Source: an uncultured Chthonomonadaceae bacterium (GTDB lineage: Bacteria > Armatimonadota > Chthonomonadetes > Chthonomonadales > Chthonomonadaceae). Taken from it: DNA of 64,000 nt. The notes below the pieces were generated by a model. It saw nothing but the letters and a program-made list of their open reading frames with translations. It searched no databases and was not told the origin of the DNA. Shown here piece after piece: positions 32,646 through 42,058 of this stretch. Each line of letters opens with the position of its first letter. Within the stretch, counting starts at the first letter, position 1. The position numbers and the translations under genes were made by a program. The DNA is taken from NCBI GenBank assembly GCA_963817895.1, contig CAWFQB010000005.1, positions 224,001 to 288,000 on the forward strand, in the 5' to 3' direction.

Positions 32646-34716
32646 CTACCCCTTTTGGTCACTTTGTTCCTTGTTTTGTTCCTCAGCTTTCCATTTTGCT
32701 ATAGCTACTTGACGTTCTTCGCGTTCCTTCTCCATATCCGCCTTCATCATATCAAGATGTAGTTTTTCCATAGATTCTCGTGTCTCACCTTTAGGTATTT
32801 CACTATGGAAGCGTTGCATATATTCTAAAGAACTCATTTTATTCCCCATAGTATCGAAACTATAGGCAGCAATTTGGTCTTTTGCTTCAGGATCGTCCAA
32901 CATACCAGGGATTTTACGTACAATGGGCAACGATTTTGCCTTTGTCTTTGCCTCCTTCCGTATGCGTGTAAGAAGAGGGTAAAAGGCATGCTGTTTGTTC
33001 TGTTGTATGTTGAGCGGCAGGGATAATTGCTTTATTAGCTCGGTTTCTACCTGCCAGGGCTTTTCCTCTGCAATCCAACATACAAAAGCGTTCTCCTGCA
33101 TCCAATCACTAAGTCGGGTTTCATTTTCGCCAAAGGTCATGCGCTTACCGCTCCCAACTCGCCACAACTCTATACCTAAAAGGCAGCCGAGTGTCAGGCG
33201 CAACGTGGAACCTTCCGCATTCCCCTGATAGTGGTTTCTAAGACGATGTCGTAATGTCGTCGCGCTATCGCTGACTGCGGAAGCCTTCCGGGGCGCAATA
33301 CCTACATACAGGAGATGTTTCCCCTCCCTTTCCTGACAGTCTCCAAGAGGAACGCGAATATCTGAAATCCTTTCGAGTTCTTTAATTCCTTGAAACCACC
33401 AGGCGTAAACGCCCGAGGATTTAGGAACTGGACCGGGGTACGTAAGCACCTCCGCTCTGGAATAAAGACGTGTCGGTTCTAAGTAGGTCGTTGTTGTAAG
33501 TTCGTAGTTTCCTCGTGCGCCTGGCGCAGATGCTCGGCCTTTTCTTGCAGCGCCTTGTCTACGGCCTGCTTGAGATCAGCCACTTCCTTGTAACTGCGCG
33601 TGGGCATCTGGTGATGCTTGACCGCGTTCCAGATTGGCTCGATCTCGGAGAGTTCCGGCGAGTAAGACGGCAGCGACACCAGCCAGATGTCGGCGGCTTC
33701 GAGTTGCGGCAGGGCGTCTTGGACGGTCTGGCTCTTATGCGCCGAGTAGTTGCCCACGATTACCATAAGCGGACGCTCCCGTTTCCAGTCCTCTGCGTAC
33801 CCGGTCGGTCGTCCCGCCAAGCGCCAGAGGAAGGCGACATAGCGTTGCGCGTCAATGCTACCGATCTCGTCTAAGGTCAATCCATAACTGTGTGCCACTT
33901 GTTCGGGCGTCTTGCGCTTGGCTTTGCGGGCATGGGGCGGCAGTTGCGCCCAACTCTGATACACGAAGCGACCAGCCAACGGCCCATGCGAGAAGTAGCC
34001 GCCAATGGCATTGACGCGCCTTCCCTGCGGTGCTTCATAAGGAATGCGCAACCGCTCCCCGACGGGAAACCAACTATAACACACGGGTAAGGTGGGCGCA
34101 AACCCGGCTTCATCGACATCGACCACGTCGATCAACCCGGCATCGCCCCCTTTTTCAAGGTCTCGAGGGTCGCTTGCTTGTGGGCAACTTCTCGGCCTTT
34201 TGCTTATGTTTGAGACTGCGGCTGGTGCGTTTGTAGCGCAAGTCCGCGCGTTTGAGATGGACGCGCACCCAATCGGCACTCAGATGCACCTGATGCTCTT
34301 GCGCCAACCAGTCGGCCAGTTGCCCCGCTGTCCAAGTCCGCTCGCCCTGGCTCACAAGGGCAACCAGGGCGTCGCACAACTCTGGAGTCAACACTGAGGT
34401 TTTGCCGCCGCGCGGCTTGTTGGAGAGCGCGTCAAAGCCGCCGTCGAGATAGGCTTTGATCCAGTAGCGCACCGTTTGTTCATGCTGGCGCAGGTGACGC
34501 GCAATCTTAGGGATGCTCCAGCCTGCATCCGAAAGGCGCAGCATCTCCAGACGGTCGCGCGTACACGGCGCAACTCCGACTTGGTGGGCGCGGCGGTCAA
34601 GTTCAACACGTTGTTCTGCCGTCAGAGTAACACGGTACATAGGTGGCTTCTTTCCTCCACCTCTTTCTACGAACTTTGACCCACGATTTACTTAGTAGAG
34701 CATGGGTATCTATCAT
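32646..34716 (-). pseudogene. GIY-YIG nuclease gene interrupted near codon 8 by IS630
   Basis: GVYAWWF...LLYVGIA...LRHRLRNH; removing the IS restores MIDTHALLEPTRLYSRAEVLTYP from ATG 34716 with an AGGA RBS. Confidence 0.82.
33482..34692 (-). mobile_element. IS630-family insertion sequence
   Basis: TA duplication at 33480-81 and 34693-94; imperfect IRs AGTAGGTCGT-n6-AAGTTCGTAG and AGTAAATCGT-n6-AAGTTCGTAG; HTH orfA (34155-34640) and DDE orfB (VDEAGF, LPSYSPELSEIE); AAAAAGGGGG slippery run. Confidence 0.92.
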
Positions 34717-34774
34717 CAAATGGTTTCCTGTCTTCATCCCACGGCACTAATGAGGCTGTATGATATGTGTCTTA

Positions 34775-36135
34775 GGGTCGGTAAATCTATAAGTTCCCGG
34801 TTCAACCGGGCTAAGTCGTTTCTCTCGGGCGTAGGGTGTAGTTCCATTGGGGACACACTTCATGCCTGGTCAGGTTTAGCGCGGCCATCACGTCCTCGGC
34901 AACCGCAATGCCTTTCTGATACACTTGCGTGATCAGATGCGCCGTGACTTTCAAGCCCGTCAGCGTGGTGGTCTGGCGCAAGTAGTGCAATACTGTGTCG
35001 TAATCGCGCAGAGGACACCCGGCCCACGTCTTGCTGATCTCGCTGAACACGCGGTGTTCAATCGGGTTCCATTTCGAGCAACCGGTGGGCAAGTGGCACA
35101 CGGTTACTTCCAGGCCGAAGCGATCCGCAATCTTCTCCTGGAGTTGCTGCTTCCAGAGTTTACAGCGATAGCCGTTGCTGCCGCCACAATCGCTATGCAG
35201 CAACAACTGCGTGGCGTGGGGGTAGCGTACCGGCATCTCCGTTTCGCGCCAGTGGGCGAGATTGTCTACGGCGAACTCTCCGGTGTCGGCAGACTGTCCG
35301 ACATACACGGTCGCCTGATTGTGAGCAATGTCGTACACGCCGTAGGGAACCGCGCGCCCTATACCCTCACGGGGAAAGTCATGCGCGTTGACGGCTTCGG
35401 CTTCTTGACACCAGATGCGCCCTGCGTTCTTGAAGTCGCCGAGCAGTTCCTTCTTCTTGGTGTCAACGGAGAGTACCGGTTGCCCCGCTGCCACAAACGC
35501 GGCGCGCTGTTGCTGTAAGTAGACGAACTGCGTGTCGCGCTCAGGCGGGTTGCTGACTTCGCGTTCTTTGACGTTGGCGCGCAGACGATAGTCGCGCTTC
35601 TTGAGCAAACGGCTCAACACAGGAAGACTGACCCCATGCGCCTTCGCCTGCAAATGTACTTGCAAATCGCGCAGGCGCACGTTGAGCCACTTGGTCGTGG
35701 TCATCGGATCGCCTGCCGTGTACGGTTCAACGGCCTCCTGTAAGGCGGCTTCTAAGGGTGTGTCTTTTTTTCAGCGGCGAAGCGTCCGCCCCCCTCCTGC
35801 CGCTGCCGTTGGACGGGAACGTCGCGCAGGTCGGCTTGCAGTTCGCGCTTGCCGCGCCGGATGGTTTTTTCCTCCAAGCCCGTGATACAGGAGAGTGGCT
35901 CCTCTGTCGGCGCGTGCGGAGCCAGCAGGAGGGAACCCACATACCAACGGCGTTGCGGTTCGTTAAGGCGACTGAGCAGCACATTGATGTGGTGATGTTG
36001 CTGCACGATACTGGCATCTGTCGCGTTTTGGCAGACGGAGCAAGCGCACACATGCACCGGAGGAGTAGGTTCAGGCGGAGGTGTTTTCATACTCCTGAGT
36101 TTACCCCATCCGGGAAATTATACATTTACGGTCCC
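34775..36135 (-). mobile_element. ISAzo13-family insertion sequence
   Basis: 26-bp imperfect IRs GGGTCGGTAAATCTATAAGTTCCCGG and GGGACCGTAAATGTATAATTTCCCGG; TTA duplication; transposase motifs SVDTKKKEL, DCGGSNG, SKWNPIEHRVFS; two ORFs joined at A AAA AAG. Confidence 0.92.
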
Positions 36136-36160
36136 TTAGTATTCACGATGGTTATCATAT

Positions 36161-37063
36161 CTACGGTTTGAGATGCTTATCGAAGAAGGCGAACATGGCG
36201 GCATCGGCTTTTTGGGCGTATTCGCCGCCGAAACCGTGTCCCGCGCCCTCCAGCGTGAGCAGTTCGGCCTCCACGCCCGCCGCTTTCAGTTTGTCCACAA
36301 GCCACACGGCCTGCTCGTAAGCCACATAATTGTCTTTGGTTCCGTGAACGCACAGGGTTGGCGCGGCGTGGGGCGTGACCCAGTACAGCGGGCTGGCGAG
36401 AATATGCTTTTGCCGCGCCTGTTCCAGATTGCCGCCTAAAAACATCGGCAGCACTTCCGCCGCGTCCACGCTTTTGCCATAGGATTTGGTGAAATCGCTC
36501 GGCCCGTAGTAGTTGACCACGCAGGCCACGCGGCTGGACTGATCGTAATTGCCCTCGTTCTCGCTTTTGCCCTCGAATTCGGCCACATCTCCCGTCACGC
36601 CCAAAAACTGCGCCAGATGCCCGCCCGCCGAGCCGCCCGTAACGCCGATACGATTTGGGTCAACGTGGTATTTAGCGGCATTGGCGCGAAGCCAGCGCAC
36701 AGAAGCTTTCACATCATGGATGGCGGCGGGAAACGGGTATTTGGGCGTCAGTCGGTACTCCACCGTTGCCGCCACATAGCCCCGTTCGGCAAACTGCCGT
36801 ATCAACCCGTCATAACCGTGCCGGTCGCCCGCCCGAAACCCGCCGCCGTGAATGCACAGCACGGCGGGAAACGGCCCCTTCCCCTCTGAGGGCCGCGCCA
36901 GATTTACCATCAGATGCTGATTGTCCGGGTTGGCATACTCGACATCGTTCTCCACAACGATTCTGCCCCCGCCCTCCTTCTGTTGCGCAAACGCGGGAAC
37001 AACGCCAAAACAGAGGAAGATGAGAAGAAATGTCGCAAATCGCAGCAGGGGAAGTCGGCTCAT
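36161..37063 (-). CDS. secreted alpha/beta hydrolase (HSL-like esterase)
   Basis: Signal peptide, IHGGG, GGSAGGHL, HGTKD, GAGHGF. Confidence 0.9.
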   Translation of the reverse strand: MSRLPLLRFATFLLIFLCFGVVPAFAQQKEGGGRIVVENDVEYANPDNQHLMVNLARPSEGKGPFPAVLCIHGGGFRAGDRHGYDGLIRQFAERGYVAATVEYRLTPKYPFPAAIHDVKASVRWLRANAAKYHVDPNRIGVTGGSAGGHLAQFLGVTGDVAEFEGKSENEGNYDQSSRVACVVNYYGPSDFTKSYGKSVDAAEVLPMFLGGNLEQARQKHILASPLYWVTPHAAPTLCVHGTKDNYVAYEQAVWLVDKLKAAGVEAELLTLEGAGHGFGGEYAQKADAAMFAFFDKHLKP

Positions 37064-37131
37064 AGAAGTCCTCCCGGAACTTGGATATAGTTTGACCAGT
37101 GGTTGAAAATGCCTGTTTGCGTACCGTTCCG

Positions 37132-37191
37132 CGTAGGGACATAACATGTTATGTCCTCTGCACATCGGACATAACGTGTTATGTCCCTACG
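37132..37191. repeat. GTAG-type REP doublet (REPIN-like)
   Basis: CGTAGGGACATAACATGTTATGTCC and inverted GGACATAACGTGTTATGTCCCTACG. Confidence 0.8.
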
Positions 37192-37217
37192 GACGCAAAT
37201 TTATGCAACAAACAGTC

Positions 37218-37272
37218 GCGTCCGAAGGACGCTTGGCGGAACGCCACGCAGACGGGTACTTTCAGTGCCCGG
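37218..37272 (+). repeat. three-hairpin dispersed element, copy 3
   Basis: GCGTCC-GAA-GGACGC, TGGCG-GAA-CGCCA, CGGGTAC-TTTCA-GTGCCCG. Confidence 0.85.
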
Positions 37273-37360
37273 AACTAACGGCCGCGATGTGCCTGTGTAT
37301 TGCATGAACAGGCTGTCAATTCCTGCTGCAATTTCAAAGGTTTTGCAAATACGTGGGAAT

Positions 37361-38314
37361 TTATAATTTACGGAGCCATACGCGCTGTACAGCGTGGTCG
37401 GAACCTTTTTGGAGGATGAGGTTGGCGCGTTCGCGGGTGGGGAGGATATTTTCGCGCAGGTTGACGCCGTTGATGCGTTTCCAGATGCCCCGCGCCGTTT
37501 GTTCGGCCTCGTCTGCGGACAATTCGGCGTAGTGGTGAAAAAACGAGGTCGGGTCTTGAAAGGCGGTTTCGCGCAGACGGAAGAAACGGGACAGAAACCA
37601 CTGCTCGATGTCGGCCTCGTCCGCGTCCACGTACAGCGAAAAATCGAAAAAATCGGAAACCAGTACGCGCGACGACTCTCCCGACGAGTCGCCGCGCTGC
37701 AACACGTTCAAGCCCTCTAAAATTAGAATGTCGGGCTGATGGACGGTTTGCAGCTTGTCCGGCACGATGTCATAGCGCAGATGCGAATAGATGGGCGCGG
37801 TCGCCGTCTCCTCGCCGGATTTCACGTCGCGCACAAAGCGCACCAGTCGGCGCAAATCGTAGCTTTCGGGAAAGCCCTTACGGTGCATGATGCCGCGCTC
37901 TTCCAGAACGGCGTTCGGATACAAAAACCCATCCGTCGTCACCAAATCTACGTGGGGATGATTGGGCCAGCGCGACAACAGCGCCTGCAAAATACGCGCC
38001 GTCGTGCTTTTGCCCACTGCCACGCTGCCCGCCAGCCCGATCACATACGGCACTTTGGGCGCGGGACTGTCCAGAAACGTAGACGTGACGCGATGCAGTT
38101 GCTGCGTGGCCGTAACGTACAGATTGAGCAGGCGCGAAATCGGCAGGTGAATTGCCTCTACCTCCTGCAACGAAATGCGCTCATTGATGCCGCGCAGGGC
38201 GTTCAAATCCGCTTCCGTCAGCGTCAGCGGCGTGGACGCCCGCAGTTGCGCCCATTCCTCCCGCGAAAACGATAAAAAGGGGAGAGTTGAATTCAGTACA
38301 GGAGCAGAGGACAC
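37361..38314 (-). CDS. coaA: type I pantothenate kinase
   Basis: [51 protein letters not shown]. Confidence 0.95.
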   Translation of the reverse strand: MSSAPVLNSTLPFLSFSREEWAQLRASTPLTLTEADLNALRGINERISLQEVEAIHLPISRLLNLYVTATQQLHRVTSTFLDSPAPKVPYVIGLAGSVAVGKSTTARILQALLSRWPNHPHVDLVTTDGFLYPNAVLEERGIMHRKGFPESYDLRRLVRFVRDVKSGEETATAPIYSHLRYDIVPDKLQTVHQPDILILEGLNVLQRGDSSGESSRVLVSDFFDFSLYVDADEADIEQWFLSRFFRLRETAFQDPTSFFHHYAELSADEAEQTARGIWKRINGVNLRENILPTRERANLILQKGSDHAVQRVWLRKL

Positions 38315-38335
38315 GATTGGTTTCTCCTGAAGGTG

Positions 38336-39400
38336 TTACCACGAACGCGCGTACTGTGGCGGGGAGGGAATCTCCTGACGCAGTTCTTTGGCGGCGCGGC
38401 AGGGCCAATACGGATCACGCAGCAGTTCCCGCGCCAGCAACACCGCGTCGGCCTGCCCGGTTCGGATAATATGGTCGGCCTGCGCGGGACTGGTAATCAT
38501 GCCGACCGCGCCCGTGAGAATGTCCGCTTCGCGCCGGATGCGGGCAGCAAACTCGGTCTGATAGCCCGGTCCGACAGGGATTTCGGCGCGGGGCACGTTG
38601 CCGCCCGAAGAGCAGTCTATCAAATCCACTCCGAATTGTTTCAACTGCCGGGACACTTCAATGGACTGTTCCACATCCCAACCGCCCTCCGTCCAATCCG
38701 TTGCGGAAATTCGCGCAAAAAGCGGAAGGTTTTCCGGCCAGTGACGGCGAATCTCTTGAGCAACCTCATATAGCAGGCGGGCGCGGTTGGCAAAACTGCC
38801 GCCGTAACCATCTGCGCGCCGGTTGCTCAGGGGCGATAAAAACTCGTGCAGCAGATACCCGTGCGCGGCGTGTATCTCAATCACCTGGAACTCGGCTTCC
38901 AGAGCGCGTCGCGCGGCGACGCCCCAAAGATTGACGTGGGCCTGCATATCGGCCTCATCCAGTGCCTGCGGCGTCTGATAACCATCCGCAAAAGGAATCG
39001 CGCTCGGCCCGATAATCGGCTCCCATCCGCCCTGTTCGGGAGTGACGGGCTTGCCGCCCTCCCACATTCGCGCCGTGCTTGCTTTACGTCCGGCATGAGC
39101 CAGTTGAACACCCGCGATTGCGCCGTGTTCGCGCATAAATCGGTTGATGCGCCGCAGGGGTTCAATATGCGCGTCCTGATACAGGCCCAAATCCTGCGGG
39201 CTGATACGCCCGCGCGGTTCAACTGCTGCGGCTTCGGTGATAACAAGCCCCGCGCCGCCAACCGCGCGGCTGCCGAGATGCACAACATGCCACTCGTTGG
39301 CAAATCCGTCTTCGCTGCTGTACTGGCACATCGGGGACACGACAATGCGATTACGAAACGCGACGCCGCGAATTTGCAGGGGTGAAAAAAGATGCGTCAT
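38336..39400 (-). CDS. namA: NADH:flavin oxidoreductase (old yellow enzyme, YqjM/NamA type)
   Basis: NRIVVSPMCQYS, QLAHAGRKAS, IHAAHGYLLHEFLSP, RELLRDPYW. Confidence 0.9.
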   Translation of the reverse strand: MTHLFSPLQIRGVAFRNRIVVSPMCQYSSEDGFANEWHVVHLGSRAVGGAGLVITEAAAVEPRGRISPQDLGLYQDAHIEPLRRINRFMREHGAIAGVQLAHAGRKASTARMWEGGKPVTPEQGGWEPIIGPSAIPFADGYQTPQALDEADMQAHVNLWGVAARRALEAEFQVIEIHAAHGYLLHEFLSPLSNRRADGYGGSFANRARLLYEVAQEIRRHWPENLPLFARISATDWTEGGWDVEQSIEVSRQLKQFGVDLIDCSSGGNVPRAEIPVGPGYQTEFAARIRREADILTGAVGMITSPAQADHIIRTGQADAVLLARELLRDPYWPCRAAKELRQEIPSPPQYARSW

Positions 39401-39553
39401 GGTAGCTTGCTTTCTAACTTGGCTTTAAAAGTGAAACCGCGCAACGGCGTTGAGACAGAGTTGTTACGCGCATACGCGCAGGAGAGTTGCGTACTCAACT
39501 GCCTCCTCCTTCGCGCAAAACGGCCTGAAATATTCTTCTGGAGAATCAAACTT

Positions 39554-40552
39554 ATGAAACGTTCCCTTCTCGCGCTGTTTGCCACTGTCGGCTGCGCGGT
39601 TCTGTTCGGCTGCGGTCAGCAGAAAGATGTTGCCGATACGCCCACTCCCGCGCCCACCGGAACCGCCACGCCCGCGCCCAAAGATACTGGCGGCAAATCC
39701 AAAGGAACCATCGGCGTCTCTCTGCTCACGCTTACCAACCCGTTCTTCAAGACCATCGGCGATACCATGACCGAGGAGGGGAAGAAACAGGGTTACGATG
39801 TTACCGTGGTTGCGGGCGAAAATGACCCCGCCCGCCAAAAAGATCAGGTGGAGGATTTCATCGTCAAGAAAGTCAGCGCGATTGTGCTTTCCCCCTGCGA
39901 CTCGCGTTCCATCGGCACGGCCATTCAGGACGCCAACAAAGCGGGCATTCCCGTGTTTACCGCCGATATTGCCTGTCTGGACAAGGCCGCCAAAGTCACT
40001 TCGCACGTCGCGACCGACAACTACTCCGGCGGCAAACTGGCCGGGGAAGCGATGGTGGAAGCGCTTGGCGGCAAGGGCAAAGTCGCCATTCTGGATTACC
40101 CCGAAGTGGAATCCGTCATTCTGCGCACCAAAGGTTTCAAGGAAGTCATCAGCGCCCACAAGGATATACAAATCGTCGCCACGCTTCCGGGCGGCGGGGA
40201 CCGGGACAAATCGTTCAGCGCGGCGCAGGACATTTTGCAGGGCAACCCGCAGCTTGACGGCATTTTCGCCATCAACGACCCGTCCGCATTGGGCGCGGTG
40301 GCCGCATTGGAAAAAGCGGGACGCGCCGACAAGGTGAAAGTGATCGGCTTCGACGGTCAGATGGAGGCCCGCAAAGCGATCAAAGAGGGCAAAATCTACG
40401 CCGACGCCATTCAGTACCCGGACAAAATCGCGCAAATGACCATTGCCACGATCACAAAATACATGGCCGGCGAAAAGGTGGCACCCGAAGTGCTGATTCC
40501 CACCCAACTCTACCACAAGGCCGAAGCGCAGGCGGATACAACAGTCAAGTGA
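39554..40552 (+). CDS. monosaccharide ABC transporter substrate-binding lipoprotein (RbsB-like)
   Basis: Lipobox LFGC, NPFF, VATDNYSGGKLAG, FAIND, IGFDG. Confidence 0.9.
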   Translation: MKRSLLALFATVGCAVLFGCGQQKDVADTPTPAPTGTATPAPKDTGGKSKGTIGVSLLTLTNPFFKTIGDTMTEEGKKQGYDVTVVAGENDPARQKDQVEDFIVKKVSAIVLSPCDSRSIGTAIQDANKAGIPVFTADIACLDKAAKVTSHVATDNYSGGKLAGEAMVEALGGKGKVAILDYPEVESVILRTKGFKEVISAHKDIQIVATLPGGGDRDKSFSAAQDILQGNPQLDGIFAINDPSALGAVAALEKAGRADKVKVIGFDGQMEARKAIKEGKIYADAIQYPDKIAQMTIATITKYMAGEKVAPEVLIPTQLYHKAEAQADTTVK

Positions 40553-41871
40553 AAAAAGCAGACCTGCGACGATTTATGCTGGCGTATGGGATGCTGGCCG
40601 TCCTGATTGCCCTGTGCGGCTTTTTTGCCGTTGCCACCTACCATCAGGAGGTTCCTGTCGGGCAGGAGGGCGGCGAGTCGCTGGCAACGGACATTCTTGC
40701 CCTATCGCCCCGTCCCTCCCTGCTTGCCATTGTGGTCACGCCGGGTGATAACGACAAAGAGTTCGGGGACGCGCTGGAAAAGCGTTTCGCCGCAGAGCAT
40801 GTGCCGGTTGTCGCCCGCATTGCGGGCAACCCGCCCGACGCGCGAGAGGAACTGGAAAAGTTAGCCACTGCCGGTAAGGTTCCCGATGTGATAGCGACAA
40901 CCGTTCAGGCGCGGGATTGGGCCGTCTGGAACGCGCTGAAAACGCAGTTTCCCGCGTATGCGAAAACGCGGATTGTCGCGCCCGTCGGCGGCAAGCGTTC
41001 CACGTTCCTCTCGCCCGGCAACCTGCGCAACATCGCTGACCAGATTGCCGTCATCGCCATTCTCGCGGTCGGCATGACGCTGGTGATTTTGACGGGCGGC
41101 ATAGACCTGTCCGTTGGCAGCCTGATCGCGCTTTCGGCAGTGACAACGGCATGGCTGATTCACGCGGGCGGGGGCGCGAACGCTTCTTCAGGCGTGATGC
41201 TTGGAGCAGGACTGGGCGCAATCGGCGTATGTGGCGCGGTGGGCGTGTTTTCCGGCCTGATGATTACCCGGTTTCGCATCCCGCCGTTTATCGCCACGCT
41301 CGCAATGATGCAGGTGGCAAGCGGGTTGGCGTTTATCATCACGCAGGGGCAATCCCTGTACGATATTTCCCCCTCCTTTACATGGCTCGGACGGGGAACC
41401 GGCTTGTTCGGCGTCCCCAATACCGTTGTGCTGATGCTGCTCATTTATATTGTCGCGCATATCCTGATGGCGCGTTCCCGCATCGGGCGGCAGATTTATG
41501 CGGTGGGCGGCAATTCGGAAGCGTCGCGACTATCCGGCGTCAGCGTCGGCAAAACCCTGCTGTGCGTGTATCTGGTATCCGGCCTGATGGCGGGCGTGGG
41601 CGGCGTGATTACCGTTTCGCAGCTGAAAGCGGGCGCGCCCACTTACGGCAACATGTACGAACTGTACGTGATTGCCGCTGTGGTCGTGGGCGGAACCAGT
41701 CTGTCGGGCGGGCAGGGCTACATTTTCGGCACGCTTATTGGCGCGTTCATCATCGCCGTCATCCGCAACGGCATGAACCTGATGAACGTGGAACCGTACA
41801 CGCAAAAAGTGGTACTGGGATTGGTCATTTTGGGCGCCGTTCTGATTGACCGCATGAAGCGCAGAGGGTGA
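40549..41871 (+). CDS. monosaccharide ABC transporter permease (RbsC-like) with an inserted soluble domain
   Basis: GMTLVILTGGIDLSVGS, PPFIATL, IYAVGGN, IAAVVVGGTSLSGG; GTGA overlap with the upstream gene. Confidence 0.9.
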   Translation: MKKADLRRFMLAYGMLAVLIALCGFFAVATYHQEVPVGQEGGESLATDILALSPRPSLLAIVVTPGDNDKEFGDALEKRFAAEHVPVVARIAGNPPDAREELEKLATAGKVPDVIATTVQARDWAVWNALKTQFPAYAKTRIVAPVGGKRSTFLSPGNLRNIADQIAVIAILAVGMTLVILTGGIDLSVGSLIALSAVTTAWLIHAGGGANASSGVMLGAGLGAIGVCGAVGVFSGLMITRFRIPPFIATLAMMQVASGLAFIITQGQSLYDISPSFTWLGRGTGLFGVPNTVVLMLLIYIVAHILMARSRIGRQIYAVGGNSEASRLSGVSVGKTLLCVYLVSGLMAGVGGVITVSQLKAGAPTYGNMYELYVIAAVVVGGTSLSGGQGYIFGTLIGAFIIAVIRNGMNLMNVEPYTQKVVLGLVILGAVLIDRMKRRG

Positions 41872-41872
41872 T

Positions 41873-42022
41873 TGTCTTGAACCATGATTAGGCATGATTT
41901 CGATGATTACCATGATGATGCCTGCTTAACGTGAAATGCGCGTGATGAGAGGAAGGGGATGATGAACGCGCCTCCTCAATCATGGTAATCACAAAAATCA
42001 TGCCTAATCATGGTTCAAGACA
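41873..42022. repeat. inverted-repeat element with TGTCTTGAACC termini and about 9-nt periodic arms
   Basis: TGTCTTGAACCATGATTAGGCATGATTT ... AAATCATGCCTAATCATGGTTCAAGACA. Confidence 0.85.
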
Positions 42023-42058
42023 GCGCATCATGGTTCAGACAAAAAGAATTCAACAAAG

